Source: a virus
DNA length: 29,428 bases
Strand: one strand, 5' to 3'
IMG/VR virus record: IMGVR_UViG_3300037264_009888
Shown here: piece by piece, positions 7,242 through 15,216 of the stretch
Layout of the letters: the number at the start of each line of letters is the position of its first letter
Position numbering within the stretch: position 1 is the first letter of the stretch
Translations under genes and position numbers: made by a program
Notes under the pieces: model-generated
Told to the model about the DNA's origin: nothing
Database searches by the model: none
What the model saw: the letters and a program-made list of their open reading frames with translations, nothing else

Positions 7242-7250
7242 GCGGAAAGG

Positions 7251-7526
7251 CTAGTCCCCGGACCCACGAGGCAATCCCCCCACGACCGCGCCGCGGTGGA
7301 AGAACATGAGGTCGCTGGGGGATATCTCGACGCTTCCGGAGGCGAGGGCGAGGGTGACGGGGCGGCCGATCTGGACTGCCATCTGGTGGGCGCGCTCGGC
7401 CGCCTGGACGTCCGACTCGCCCGGGCGTGGGGCGACGACGCGGCGGCAGGCGGCCTTGTCGAGCCTGTCGGTCTTGGAGAACCTGCAGTTGCTCCTGAGC
7501 CAGGACGAGACGTTCGAGGCAGTCAT
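7251..7526 (-). CDS. hypothetical protein (91 aa), immediately upstream of the DUF262 promoter
   Basis: RBS AGGAAGG then ATG at 7524-7526; the real start is internal to ORF 7251..7694. Confidence 0.5.
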   Translation of the reverse strand: MTASNVSSWLRSNCRFSKTDRLDKAACRRVVAPRPGESDVQAAERAHQMAVQIGRPVTLALASGSVEISPSDLMFFHRGAVVGGLPRGSGD

Positions 7527-7558
7527 GCCTTCCTGTTCGGCAGGGAGGGGGCAGGTTC

Positions 7559-7804
7559 CTACTTCTTGGCCGACTTGGGCTTCGGGAGGTTCTTGGCCTC
7601 CAGGGGAAACGCGTGGTGGTGCTTCTCCAGCCATTCCTCCGAGACCTCGACGAACTCGTACTTGATGCCGAGGGCGCCCAGGACCCTGGGCCATTCCAGG
7701 GAGTGGTTTCCGCCGTGGCTCTTGCCGTTCACGTACAGCTCCTCCCAGTCGCCGTCTTCCGGTGCGGCCACGACTATCTCGGGGACATCCTTCTTGCTCG
7801 GCAT
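7559..7804 (-). CDS. hypothetical protein (81 aa, MPSKKDVPEIVVAAPEDGDWEELYVNGK...)
   Basis: RBS AAGGAG then ATG at 7802-7804. Confidence 0.5.
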   Translation of the reverse strand: MPSKKDVPEIVVAAPEDGDWEELYVNGKSHGGNHSLEWPRVLGALGIKYEFVEVSEEWLEKHHHAFPLEAKNLPKPKSAKK

Positions 7805-7808
7805 GGCG

Positions 7809-8114
7809 TTACTCCTTGCAGCCAAGGGACTTGCTTGCCTCAACGGCCTTCTCGTGGGACGATCCTATCATGCGGTAGAGGTCTTCGGGGGAGAAGCCCG
7901 GCTCGGAGCGGGTCTTGCCCGAGCGGTGCCACTCCTCGGCCTTGAGGTGGCAGTCCTCGCAGAGGGAGACGCCGTTCTCGGGGGCGTAGCCGCCGTTGGG
8001 CATCTCGTAGCGGTCGGAGATGTGGTGGGCGTCTGCGGCGGGCCTGCCGCAGGCCTTGCAGAGGCTGCGGTCGCGCTGCAGGCAGGCGGAGCGGAAGCTG
8101 GAGCGGAGGCTCAT
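7809..8114 (-). CDS. HNH endonuclease (101 aa)
   Basis: CKACGRPAADAHHISDRYEMPNGGYAPENGVSLCEDCH matches the HNH signature C..C...HH...N...C..CH. ATGA overlap with the upstream gene. Confidence 0.75.
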   Translation of the reverse strand: MSLRSSFRSACLQRDRSLCKACGRPAADAHHISDRYEMPNGGYAPENGVSLCEDCHLKAEEWHRSGKTRSEPGFSPEDLYRMIGSSHEKAVEASKSLGCKE

Positions 8115-8320
8115 TCCTCTTCCTCGTCCTCGGCGTCCTCTTCGTCGTCCTCAGTTCCGTCGGGCTGCCCCCAGTCGCTGGCGGCCTCCTGCAGGGTTAT
8201 AAGGTAGTCCTGGGCGTCGTCGACGCAGTCAGGGACGACGAGCGCCTCGTACATGTTGCGGAAGAACCTCTTCATCTTCCGGTACTCCGCGACCTGCTCG
8301 GGGGTAAGTTGCTCTGCCAT
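8111..8320 (-). CDS. hypothetical protein with poly-acidic tail (69 aa)
   Basis: GGAG 8 nt before ATG at 8318-8320; C-terminus EDDEEDAEDEEEE. Confidence 0.5.
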   Translation of the reverse strand: MAEQLTPEQVAEYRKMKRFFRNMYEALVVPDCVDDAQDYLITLQEAASDWGQPDGTEDDEEDAEDEEEE

Positions 8321-8323
8321 GTC

Positions 8324-8893
8324 CTATCTCCGCCCTTTCCCCTCTGGGGGCATCGCCTTGCGGAGGACCAGGTCGAGCCTCGGGGCCAGCCCCTCGAGGT
8401 CGGCCGCGGGGTGGTTCCACCCGCGCCACTTGGCCCAGGTGATCTCGCCCGTCTGCCTGTCCCTCCGCCTGTCGCACCACCTGACGAACGCCGACCCCCT
8501 CGTGTAGCCTATGAGTATCTCGCCGTCCCCGGAGCTGGCGTTCTCGAGGCAGCGCGCCTTGGCGTCGTAGGTCCCGACGAGCCAGCGCATGAGCCCCGCG
8601 CACTCGGACAGCCAGTCGCGCCTGAGGCGCCAGAGCCTGAGGCGGTCGCTGTCCGTGTCCTCTTCCTCGAGGACTCCGAAGGGGACGAGCCCCAGCTCGG
8701 AGGCGTCGTCGTCCATGTGGTACTCCATCAAGCCACGCTTGGTCTCTGCCCAGTAGTTGAACCCCCCGCCCCTGTCCCAGCGCTTCAGGACCCTGCCGGG
8801 CGGGGTCAGCAGGTCGAGCCACCGCTGCTGGTCGGGGGTCAGCCACTCTATCCTCACCTTCCCTCCCCGGGGGGCGGCCTGTAGGGCTCCCAT
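8324..8893 (-). CDS. hypothetical protein (about 189 aa)
   Basis: Start chosen at MGALQAAP; alternative downstream Met at 8728. Overlaps the 3' end of the upstream gene by about 40 nt. Confidence 0.4.
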   Translation of the reverse strand: MGALQAAPRGGKVRIEWLTPDQQRWLDLLTPPGRVLKRWDRGGGFNYWAETKRGLMEYHMDDDASELGLVPFGVLEEEDTDSDRLRLWRLRRDWLSECAGLMRWLVGTYDAKARCLENASSGDGEILIGYTRGSAFVRWCDRRRDRQTGEITWAKWRGWNHPAADLEGLAPRLDLVLRKAMPPEGKGRR

Positions 8894-9066
8894 CCCTGCA
8901 GCTTGTGGTACTTCTTCATGGCGCTCGTCCAGGACGCCGCCTTGATCGTCCAGACCAGCTCGGCCTTGTCGTCCTGCAGCTTGCCGTTCTTGAACCGCGG
9001 GGGGCCGGGGCCTTCCACGACCGTGTCCGCTATCCCGTCCCTGCCCCACGCCGTGTACGTCCTCAT
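8854..9066 (-). CDS. hypothetical protein (70 aa, MRTYTAWGRDGIADTVVEGPGPPRFKNGK...)
   Basis: GGAGGA 7 nt before ATG at 9064-9066; internal start of ORF 8854..9429. Confidence 0.45.
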   Translation of the reverse strand: MRTYTAWGRDGIADTVVEGPGPPRFKNGKLQDDKAELVWTIKAASWTSAMKKYHKLQGWEPYRPPPGEGR

Positions 9067-9068
9067 CG

Positions 9069-9275
9069 TCAGGTCCTCCGGGAACCGGAATTTTTTGGTG
9101 GCGGGAGGCAGGCCCCCGGGGCCGTCGAGCCCGTGTCGGTCAGGCCGCCCCCTTCCGCAGCCTTCAGGGCGTTCCTGCCCAGGGCCGTGGCGGCGGAGCA
9201 TGCGTGGGTCCTGACGGCGAGGGGGCATTCCATGTCCATCAGCCGCTTGCAGACCCTCAGCCTGTAGGTGTTCAT
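9069..9275 (-). CDS. hypothetical protein (68 aa, MNTYRLRVCKRLMDMECPLAV...)
   Basis: Start chosen so as not to overlap the 9287..9484 gene; weak RBS GAGG. Confidence 0.35.
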   Translation of the reverse strand: MNTYRLRVCKRLMDMECPLAVRTHACSAATALGRNALKAAEGGGLTDTGSTAPGACLPPPKNSGSRRT

Positions 9276-9286
9276 CACCTCGTGCC

Positions 9287-9484
9287 TCAGTCCCGACGCC
9301 GGATGGCGGCGATCTCCTTGACCCGACTGTCCCATCGCAGGAGGACGCTCGCGACATCGTGGAACAACTTGGCGTCGTCGGTCTCGATGAGGATTCGGTC
9401 CAGGGCGTCCGCGGCGCGGGAGCCGCCAAACGTCCCCTTGTAGCATCGGCCCGTGGCCTTGAGCGACGTCTCCTTCGGTTGCAT
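9287..9484 (-). CDS. hypothetical protein (65 aa)
   Basis: AGGAAGG RBS; its ATG abuts the TAA of the upstream gene. Confidence 0.45.
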   Translation of the reverse strand: MQPKETSLKATGRCYKGTFGGSRAADALDRILIETDDAKLFHDVASVLLRWDSRVKEIAAIRRRD

Positions 9485-9709
9485 TTACTTGCCCTTCCTC
9501 ATCTTGGGGACGCTGACGTACTCGACCATCTCGTTCCTCTTGGTGTCCCAGATGACGCAGGGGGCGTGGTCCCTTGCCCCCTCCCTGGCGTCCGCGAGGT
9601 CGTCGCCGGTGTCGAGGATGAGGGCGTCGTCGGGGTCATCCATGGCCCTCTCGTCGAGGACCAGGTACCTGGACCCGTTCCAGTTCTTCCGAGCATCTTG
9701 CGTAGGCAT
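9485..9709 (-). CDS. hypothetical protein (74 aa)
   Basis: AGGAGGTG RBS before ATG at 9707-9709. Confidence 0.5.
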   Translation of the reverse strand: MPTQDARKNWNGSRYLVLDERAMDDPDDALILDTGDDLADAREGARDHAPCVIWDTKRNEMVEYVSVPKMRKGK

Positions 9710-9710
9710 G

Positions 9711-9914
9711 TCACTTCACCTCCTGTAAGGCGACCAGTTTCCATTGGTAGTGGCAGTTGCGGATCACGTACTCGTCCGTCTTGTCTGCCTCCTTGGACCA
9801 GAAGGGGCGAGACCTTACCCACTTCAAGAATTCCTCCCTTGCGTCGCAGCCGGGCCGATGGGCGAACAGCCATTCCTCCTCTGTCTGGAAGTCCCAGATT
9901 TTAAGGATGTCCAT
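9711..9914 (-). CDS. hypothetical protein (67 aa, MDILKIWDFQTEEEW...)
   Basis: GAGGAGG RBS before ATG at 9912-9914. Confidence 0.5.
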   Translation of the reverse strand: MDILKIWDFQTEEEWLFAHRPGCDAREEFLKWVRSRPFWSKEADKTDEYVIRNCHYQWKLVALQEVK

Positions 9915-9918
9915 CGGC

Positions 9919-10173
9919 CTACCTCCTCGTCCCGTTGTGGTCGTCCGGGTCTCGGTTCTCAGGCTTGCCAAAGACGTCCCCGCAGTCCTTGAGCATCTCC
10001 ATCCCGGGGACTTTCAGGGAGACGCAGATGTCGTACAGCTCCCTGAGGCCCTCGGCCTTGATGACGGCGCAACTGTGCAGGGTCTTGCTGTCGACCAGGG
10101 AGGCGAAGTACCAGCCGTCCTCCTTGGCCTTTATGCCGAAGCATCCTAGGTGGTACCTTGGCTTGCGTCTCAT
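9919..10173 (-). CDS. hypothetical protein (84 aa)
   Basis: GGAGGAAGG RBS before ATG at 10171-10173. Confidence 0.55.
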   Translation of the reverse strand: MRRKPRYHLGCFGIKAKEDGWYFASLVDSKTLHSCAVIKAEGLRELYDICVSLKVPGMEMLKDCGDVFGKPENRDPDDHNGTRR

Positions 10174-10185
10174 TCCTTCCTCCGC

Positions 10186-11215
10186 TCAATCCCACCATCC
10201 AACAATCCTGCCGTGAAGAAGGACAAACGCAACCGCAGCAGCGAGAGGTACGACCCCGTTTCCGACTGCCCGCAGGGAGTCAGCGCGTCCGCCCAGCCCG
10301 GGGGCCAGCCCATCATCCACGCCGCGAACCTCTCGTTCTCGGCAGGGCATGAGGGAGGGGTCCACAGCCGCAACAGCCTGCCAGTCTCTCCAGCAACGCA
10401 GCTCAGCAAGTATTCTATCTCGTCTGCGGGCGTCTGTCCAGTTCCTGGAGAGCTCGCGGCGGAGCTCGGCGAGGGAGACGGTTCGCCTGGGGGCGAAGAG
10501 GGGGCGTCCCTGTTCGGGGGCCACTGGGTCGACTGGGAGGTGAGGTCGTGCGGGAAGTAGTGCCTGTCCGCCATGGTGGCCCGCTGGCTGCGCCTGCCGA
10601 TGGCGTCGTGGGCCTGGGGGGTCGACCATTCCGCCGCCCGAGCGGGCGAGGAGGAAGACCCTGTTTCGTCGGTGGGGGGCTCCCACTGCGGCCCGCAGGA
10701 AGCACCGTCCATTCCGCATCCCACCCGTCTTCGGCCAGGTCTCCGAGAACCCTGGTGACGCCGGCGGCGAGGCCCCTGCTCCTTTCCGGGGAGAGGAAGC
10801 CGTGGACGTTCTCCAGGAAGAACCACTCGCATCCCATGTCGCGAAGGTGCTGCCGCATCCAGGGCCAGAGGTTGCGGGGGTCGTCGAGGATGAGGCGCCT
10901 GCCCGCGAGGCTGTAGCCCTGGCAGGGGAGGCCTGCGACGGCAATGCCGCCAGCCATTGCTCGACGGAAGACTGGGCCTGGGAATGTCTTGATGTCGTCC
11001 CAGAGAGGAGCCTGACCCAGGGCCTTTTCCTCCATCCTGGCCACGAGGACGGCCGCGGCGTAGGCTTCCCGCTCGACGTACACGACAGGGACGGGCAGTC
11101 TTCCGACCAGCTCGAGGGCGGCATGGAGTCCGACGTCGAGCATGCCGACGCCGGAGCAGAAGCTGGCGACGGGGATGGGTTCTGGTTCGTGGTCGGGTTC
11201 GGGACGTAGAGCCAC
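10186..11215 (-). pseudogene. Dcm-like DNA cytosine-5 methyltransferase, multiply frameshifted
   Basis: Frame 10415..11215 carries motif I (FCSGVGMLDVG), motif IV (GLPCQGYSLAG), motif VI (FLENV) and the start of VIII (AEWTVLPA). Motif VIII continues in a second frame (AAVGAPHRRNRVFLLA). A third frame carries EWSTPQAHD and ENERFAAWMMGWPPGW. Motif X (LRAVGNGVVPLAAAVAFVLL) is back in the second frame. At least 3 frame changes occur between about 10700 and 10285. Start has an AGGAGGAG RBS. Confidence 0.7.
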
Positions 11216-11225
11216 ATCGCTCCTC

Positions 11226-11492
11226 CTAGGGGTTTTCCTCGCCGTCCTCGCAGTCGACCTCCTCGAGGTTCTCCTTGGCGGACTTGGAGGGGTCCCAGCC
11301 GGGGACCATGTCCTCGTAGTCGTCCTCCGAGAAGTTGAAGAAGTCGTCGCGCCAGAACTTCTTGCCGCACTTCCAGCACTTGATGGCGACGCCGTCGCCG
11401 ATCGTGGAGGTGCAGTCCTGCTGGTCGCCTAGGCAGACCCAGTTCTTGGCGTCGCAGTGGGGACAGAACTGCTTGATGTAGGTGTCGGACAT
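11226..11492 (-). CDS. zinc-ribbon protein (88 aa, CPHC...CWKC)
   Basis: AAGGAGAACC RBS before ATG at 11490-11492. Confidence 0.5.
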   Translation of the reverse strand: MSDTYIKQFCPHCDAKNWVCLGDQQDCTSTIGDGVAIKCWKCGKKFWRDDFFNFSEDDYEDMVPGWDPSKSAKENLEEVDCEDGEENP

Positions 11493-12232
11493 GGTTCTCC
11501 TTTCCAGGGGGTGAAGATGTCCCATCCGGGGGGCAGGAAGGCTGGGGACAGAACCTCGACGAGGCGGTCCTTCCACGCCCTGGCGTAGGCCTTCCAGTCT
11601 CCGCCCGTGTCTGGCTCCCAGCCCTCGCAGGCCTTCTCTATTCTGTCGTGGCATTCCATGCAGAGGAACAGGATGTTGGAGATGTGCTTCCGCAGGTCGA
11701 GCGGCAGCTTCTTCTTGTGCCGCTGGGGGACGACGTGGTGCTGGGTGAGCCTGCTGGCCCTCCCGCAGCAGCAGCACCTGCAGTTCTTTGGGAACATGAG
11801 GAGGCTGGAGAACTCGGAGCCGTCAAGGGCGTCTCCGTACAGCCTCCGGAGGGTCTTTTCCGCGACGTCGGTGACGAACTGCAGGGTATCTGGGAGGCCC
11901 TCGACGGGGCGGACGTAGCCCTTGCGGAGGTAGCGGTTGGCCTTGTTCTCGTTGCAGGCGAAGAGGGGCCTGCCTGAGGTCGACAGGATTCTGTAGTTCC
12001 TCCAGATCGTGGCCCCGTCGAGCATGGAGTAGTCGGCCATCTCGTTGATGCGGCGGGAGTCGCGGACGAAGGTCCTGACTCGGCAGCGTCCGTGGGCCTT
12101 GCGGCCCTTCGAGAAGTTGACCGGCGGGTGGAGGATGAGGTAGGAGGCCCTGTCGTCCTCGATTGAGACGATCTTGCGGACGAGGGCGACGCGGCCCTTC
12201 TTCCTTACCCAAACCTCACCTACGGAAGGCAT
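11429..12232 (-). CDS. HNH endonuclease (267 aa)
   Basis: CRCCCCGRASRLTQHHVVPQRH...NILFLCMECHDRIE fits the HNH motif. GAGGAAG RBS before ATG at 12230-12232. Confidence 0.7.
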   Translation of the reverse strand: MPSVGEVWVRKKGRVALVRKIVSIEDDRASYLILHPPVNFSKGRKAHGRCRVRTFVRDSRRINEMADYSMLDGATIWRNYRILSTSGRPLFACNENKANRYLRKGYVRPVEGLPDTLQFVTDVAEKTLRRLYGDALDGSEFSSLLMFPKNCRCCCCGRASRLTQHHVVPQRHKKKLPLDLRKHISNILFLCMECHDRIEKACEGWEPDTGGDWKAYARAWKDRLVEVLSPAFLPPGWDIFTPWKGEPCPTPTSSSSVPTATPRTGSA

Positions 12233-12239
12233 AGCTTCC

Positions 12240-12485
12240 TCATCGCTTGTAGCACCCCGCCGGGGAGTAGTTCTTCCTGTTTCTCTGCCACTCCTCGTAC
12301 AGTTCGAGGCGCCTGGCAACCTCGACCTTGGCGAGGTCGAAGGTAGGGGACAGGAGCCTGAGCCTGTCAAGGAGGTCCGAGTAGAAGTCGATGACCGTCT
12401 TCAGTTCTTGGTTGTTGAGGTCGCCCTGGTTGTCGTTCAACTTCCTGACGGCTGGGGCGACGGACTCGTACTCCTTGGATTTCAC
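12240..12485 (-). CDS. hypothetical protein (81 aa), GTG start
   Basis: AAGGAGGAAGCC then GTG at 12483-12485; GTGA overlap with the upstream stop. Confidence 0.45.
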   Translation of the reverse strand: MKSKEYESVAPAVRKLNDNQGDLNNQELKTVIDFYSDLLDRLRLLSPTFDLAKVEVARRLELYEEWQRNRKNYSPAGCYKR

Positions 12486-12823
12486 GGCTTCCTCCTTGCC
12501 CTGGCCTTGGCCCTCTTCTCCTGGGCCTTCCTGACAGCCTCCTGGGAGACCTGGAAGTCCACGAGCTGGTCAAGGCGTTCCTGGTTTTCCTGCTCGGCCT
12601 TGGCCATGCGGATCCTGTCCTGCTGCTCCCTGAAATCCTCGAGAGTGAGCCAGTTGCCGCTGAGGATCTCTCCCATGGTTTCCTCGCTGATCGTTCCGCC
12701 CAGGAGGTCCAGCTTGATTCTGGCGAGGAGGTCGCAGGGGCGTGCGGCGGCGCACTCCTTGGAGCAGAAGCAGGAGTCCAAGGTCTGGGCTCCGCAGACG
12801 ACGCAGCTCGCTATCCGTGCCAT
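12482..12823 (-). CDS. Cys4 zinc-finger protein with basic coiled-coil tail (113 aa)
   Basis: CVVCGAQTLDSCFCSKEC near the N-terminus; AGGGGGAC RBS. Confidence 0.5.
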   Translation of the reverse strand: MARIASCVVCGAQTLDSCFCSKECAAARPCDLLARIKLDLLGGTISEETMGEILSGNWLTLEDFREQQDRIRMAKAEQENQERLDQLVDFQVSQEAVRKAQEKRAKARARRKP

Positions 12824-12832
12824 TCAGTCCCC

Positions 12833-13306
12833 CTATTCTGTGGCAGCGTCAAGGAGGGCCTCGGCGGCGTCTTGGGCAGCCTTGGCGGCCTCCTCGGACT
12901 GGACGTGGCTGCCGAGGCTCCTGGCCATTGCCTGAACGTCCTTTGCGAGGAGGATGTTGGTGGCCCTGGTCTTTTCGGCCTCCTGCTTGGACTGCTTGAG
13001 GAAGTCCTGCAGGGGTGCCAGTTCCACCAGGACCTGCTGCTTCCCGAGCTGGTCTATCTGCTGCCGGAGCCTGGCCTGCTCGGCGTCGGCTTGGGTCTTG
13101 GCCTTGGCCATGTCCGCCTGGAGGGAGGCGATGGCGTCAGCCTCCGGCTTGCTCCTGAGGGCCAGTTCCTCCCTGAGCCTGGCGACCTCCTGCTTGGCCT
13201 CGTCGCGCTCCTTCAGGACCTGCCCGACGGGCTGTTCGGGGGAACCGCAGCTGCAGAGGGCCAACGAGAGGGCCAACATTGTGGCCCAGGCCATGCCTTT
13301 TTTCAT
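12833..13306 (-). CDS. secreted/lipoprotein-like coiled-coil protein (157 aa)
   Basis: MKKGMAWATMLALSLALCSCG signal/lipobox-like N-terminus, then a Q/A/E/K-rich helix. AAGGAGGAAGCC RBS. Confidence 0.55.
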   Translation of the reverse strand: MKKGMAWATMLALSLALCSCGSPEQPVGQVLKERDEAKQEVARLREELALRSKPEADAIASLQADMAKAKTQADAEQARLRQQIDQLGKQQVLVELAPLQDFLKQSKQEAEKTRATNILLAKDVQAMARSLGSHVQSEEAAKAAQDAAEALLDAATE

Positions 13307-14064
13307 GGCTTCCTCCTTGGTACTTCCCGGTGAACAGTGAAGGCGGCATAGTACTGGCAGGGGCCGACATGGTAAGGATTCTCGGCATTGCCGCGGCCCA
13401 TCCACGACTTGACGACCTCCTCGCGGAAGCCGTTCTGGAGGTCCCACGTCCCCGAGCCGATGTCGAGCTGGACGCTGGCGTGAGTCCCCGCCTTGTCCAC
13501 TGGGGGCAGATCCTCCGCCGGGGAGAAGCACAGGCTGTAGAAGCACTCCTTGGAGAGCCTGAGGGCGATGTCCGCGACGTGGCCCTCGAACGTGCCGAGC
13601 TCCCTTGTGGACCTCCCCTCGCAGTCCCCCTCGGTGGTGACGCGCCACCTGCCGACTGGGGATGGGGCCCACCTGCAGAGCTTCCTGAGGCCCGACTCGC
13701 ACGCATGCGAGTTCGAGGCCACCTTGCTCGCCCCCTTGCGCTTGGCGAGTTCCCTCTCCAGGTCCTCTGTCGTGGCTTCGGAAAGGTTCTTGCTCATTTT
13801 GGCCTCCTTGAGCGGGGGGCGTCCGTGCTTGTCGAGCTCGTTGAGTTCGTGCGGCTCGTAGCATCCGACCGTCCCGTCGCTGTCGTGCTTGACCTCGTAG
13901 CAGAGCCCGTGCGAGTCGTGGACAGCCGTCACCGTCCCGTCCTCGCCGGAGCGTCTGGGCTCGGAGTACGGGCTCCAGTCGCTGGCGACCTGGTCGGGGT
14001 AGATCGTCGTCCTGACACGGGACCCTATCTCCAGGACGTCTGCGTCTTGCTTGGCGTGCTTCAT
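13303..14064 (-). CDS. hypothetical protein (253 aa)
   Basis: AAGGAGAGGCC RBS; ATGA overlap downstream. Confidence 0.55.
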   Translation of the reverse strand: MKHAKQDADVLEIGSRVRTTIYPDQVASDWSPYSEPRRSGEDGTVTAVHDSHGLCYEVKHDSDGTVGCYEPHELNELDKHGRPPLKEAKMSKNLSEATTEDLERELAKRKGASKVASNSHACESGLRKLCRWAPSPVGRWRVTTEGDCEGRSTRELGTFEGHVADIALRLSKECFYSLCFSPAEDLPPVDKAGTHASVQLDIGSGTWDLQNGFREEVVKSWMGRGNAENPYHVGPCQYYAAFTVHREVPRRKP

Positions 14065-14243
14065 GGCCTCTCCTTGCACCTGCAGCATTTAGAGCATTTG
14101 CCGCAACGCGAGCACCCGGTGAGGAATACCCCGCCTGACAGTGCCATGACGAACCCGCCTATGTTCCACGATTCGCCGCACTTCTTGCACATTCTCCAGC
14201 CAGCCTTGTAAGAAGCAGGCTTTCGGGAGGCATGGTGGCTCAT
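14061..14243 (-). CDS. small Cys-rich protein with a hydrophobic segment (60 aa)
   Basis: MSHHASRK...CKKCGE...GGFVMALSGGVFLTGCSRCGKCSKCCRC; ATGA overlaps on both sides. Confidence 0.45.
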   Translation of the reverse strand: MSHHASRKPASYKAGWRMCKKCGESWNIGGFVMALSGGVFLTGCSRCGKCSKCCRCKERP

Positions 14244-14935
14244 TCTCGGCTCCTGCTCTTGGAGGAGAACGGGAACGGCGGCACCCGGTCCGGGAGGTCG
14301 CTGGCGAACTTCTTCGCGTGTTCGACGAACGTGCTCAGAGGGATGTAGGACTTCAACGCAGCGAGGGCGTCCTTGAACTCGCGTTCCAGCTCCTCGTCCA
14401 CCGTACCTCCGGGTATGGTCCCGTGCCCGGTCCTCAGGGCGTCCAGCAGCAGTATCGACTCCTTGAAGTAGGTAACGATGAAGCTGGTCGGGGCCCCTTT
14501 CACGTCCCTCAGGTTGTCCGTCCTGTCGGCCAGCTTGATCATCTTGGCCTCCTGGGAGACGGACACGATGTGAGCCCTGTCGATGGCCTTCCTGTCGTCC
14601 CTGCTGAAACTGGGGAACTTCTTGGAGGGGTTGGTCAGCTCCCAAACGAGGTCGGCGACCTTGGTTCCGAAGACGGTATAGGGCTCGGAGCAGTCCGCAT
14701 TTGGCCCTGCGGGAGGCTGGAAAACGTTCGCTATCTGGCCGACGCTAACCCTACAGTCCTCGATGACGTCGTGGAGCCAGGCGGCGCAGACCACGGCCTC
14801 GGTTCCCTTGGGGTGGACGGACATCCTCGCCGCCACCCTTCCGGGATGGACGATGTAGGGGGAGCCGTCGTACTTGCGGGTCTGGCCCTCGTGGAAGATG
14901 GCGGCGGCCCTGGCGGCCAGCAGGATCGGGTTCAT
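14240..14935 (-). CDS. RelA/SpoT-family HD-domain (p)ppGpp hydrolase (small alarmone hydrolase), 231 aa
   Basis: YIVHPGRVAA...VCAAWLHDVIEDC and KLADRTDNLRDV align with SpoT (YITHP...AALLHDVIEDT and KLADRTHNMRTL). GGAGGAG RBS. Confidence 0.75.
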   Translation of the reverse strand: MNPILLAARAAAIFHEGQTRKYDGSPYIVHPGRVAARMSVHPKGTEAVVCAAWLHDVIEDCRVSVGQIANVFQPPAGPNADCSEPYTVFGTKVADLVWELTNPSKKFPSFSRDDRKAIDRAHIVSVSQEAKMIKLADRTDNLRDVKGAPTSFIVTYFKESILLLDALRTGHGTIPGGTVDEELEREFKDALAALKSYIPLSTFVEHAKKFASDLPDRVPPFPFSSKSRSRE

Positions 14936-15210
14936 GCCTTCTCCTCCCCGGCCCTCCTCAGGGCCTCCAGGATGGTCTGCTCCAGGGTAGGATCGTCCTC
15001 GTCGTCCCTGGAACGTGCGCCGTACGCGTTCGGAGATGCGGGGAACCCGCCGTCCGACAGGAAGCTGCAGACGGTCGTCTCCTTCTTCCCCTCGTACAGC
15101 GTCACCGTCCAACAGGTCGCCCCATACCCGTTGTCGATGTCGATCGACACGGAACGAGACTTGTGCCCGTACTTCCACCTCTCCAGCCTCTCTAGCGCGT
15201 TCGGCATCAT
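14932..15210 (-). CDS. hypothetical protein (92 aa)
   Basis: GGAAGG RBS before a tandem ATGATG start. Confidence 0.5.
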   Translation of the reverse strand: MMPNALERLERWKYGHKSRSVSIDIDNGYGATCWTVTLYEGKKETTVCSFLSDGGFPASPNAYGARSRDDEDDPTLEQTILEALRRAGEEKA

Positions 15211-15216
15211 CCTTCC

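Noticed and set aside
6999-8207. 402-aa plus-strand ORF
   Set aside because: Antisense to four RBS-supported minus-strand genes. Pro/Gly/Arg/Ala-rich low-complexity product with no RBS. Typical spurious long ORF in GC-rich DNA.
10186-11379. 397-aa ORF as a single gene
   Set aside because: Only two short stretches (motifs VIII and X) look like real protein. The rest is low-complexity read-through of the frameshifted methyltransferase, and the 5' part overlaps the upstream zinc-ribbon gene.
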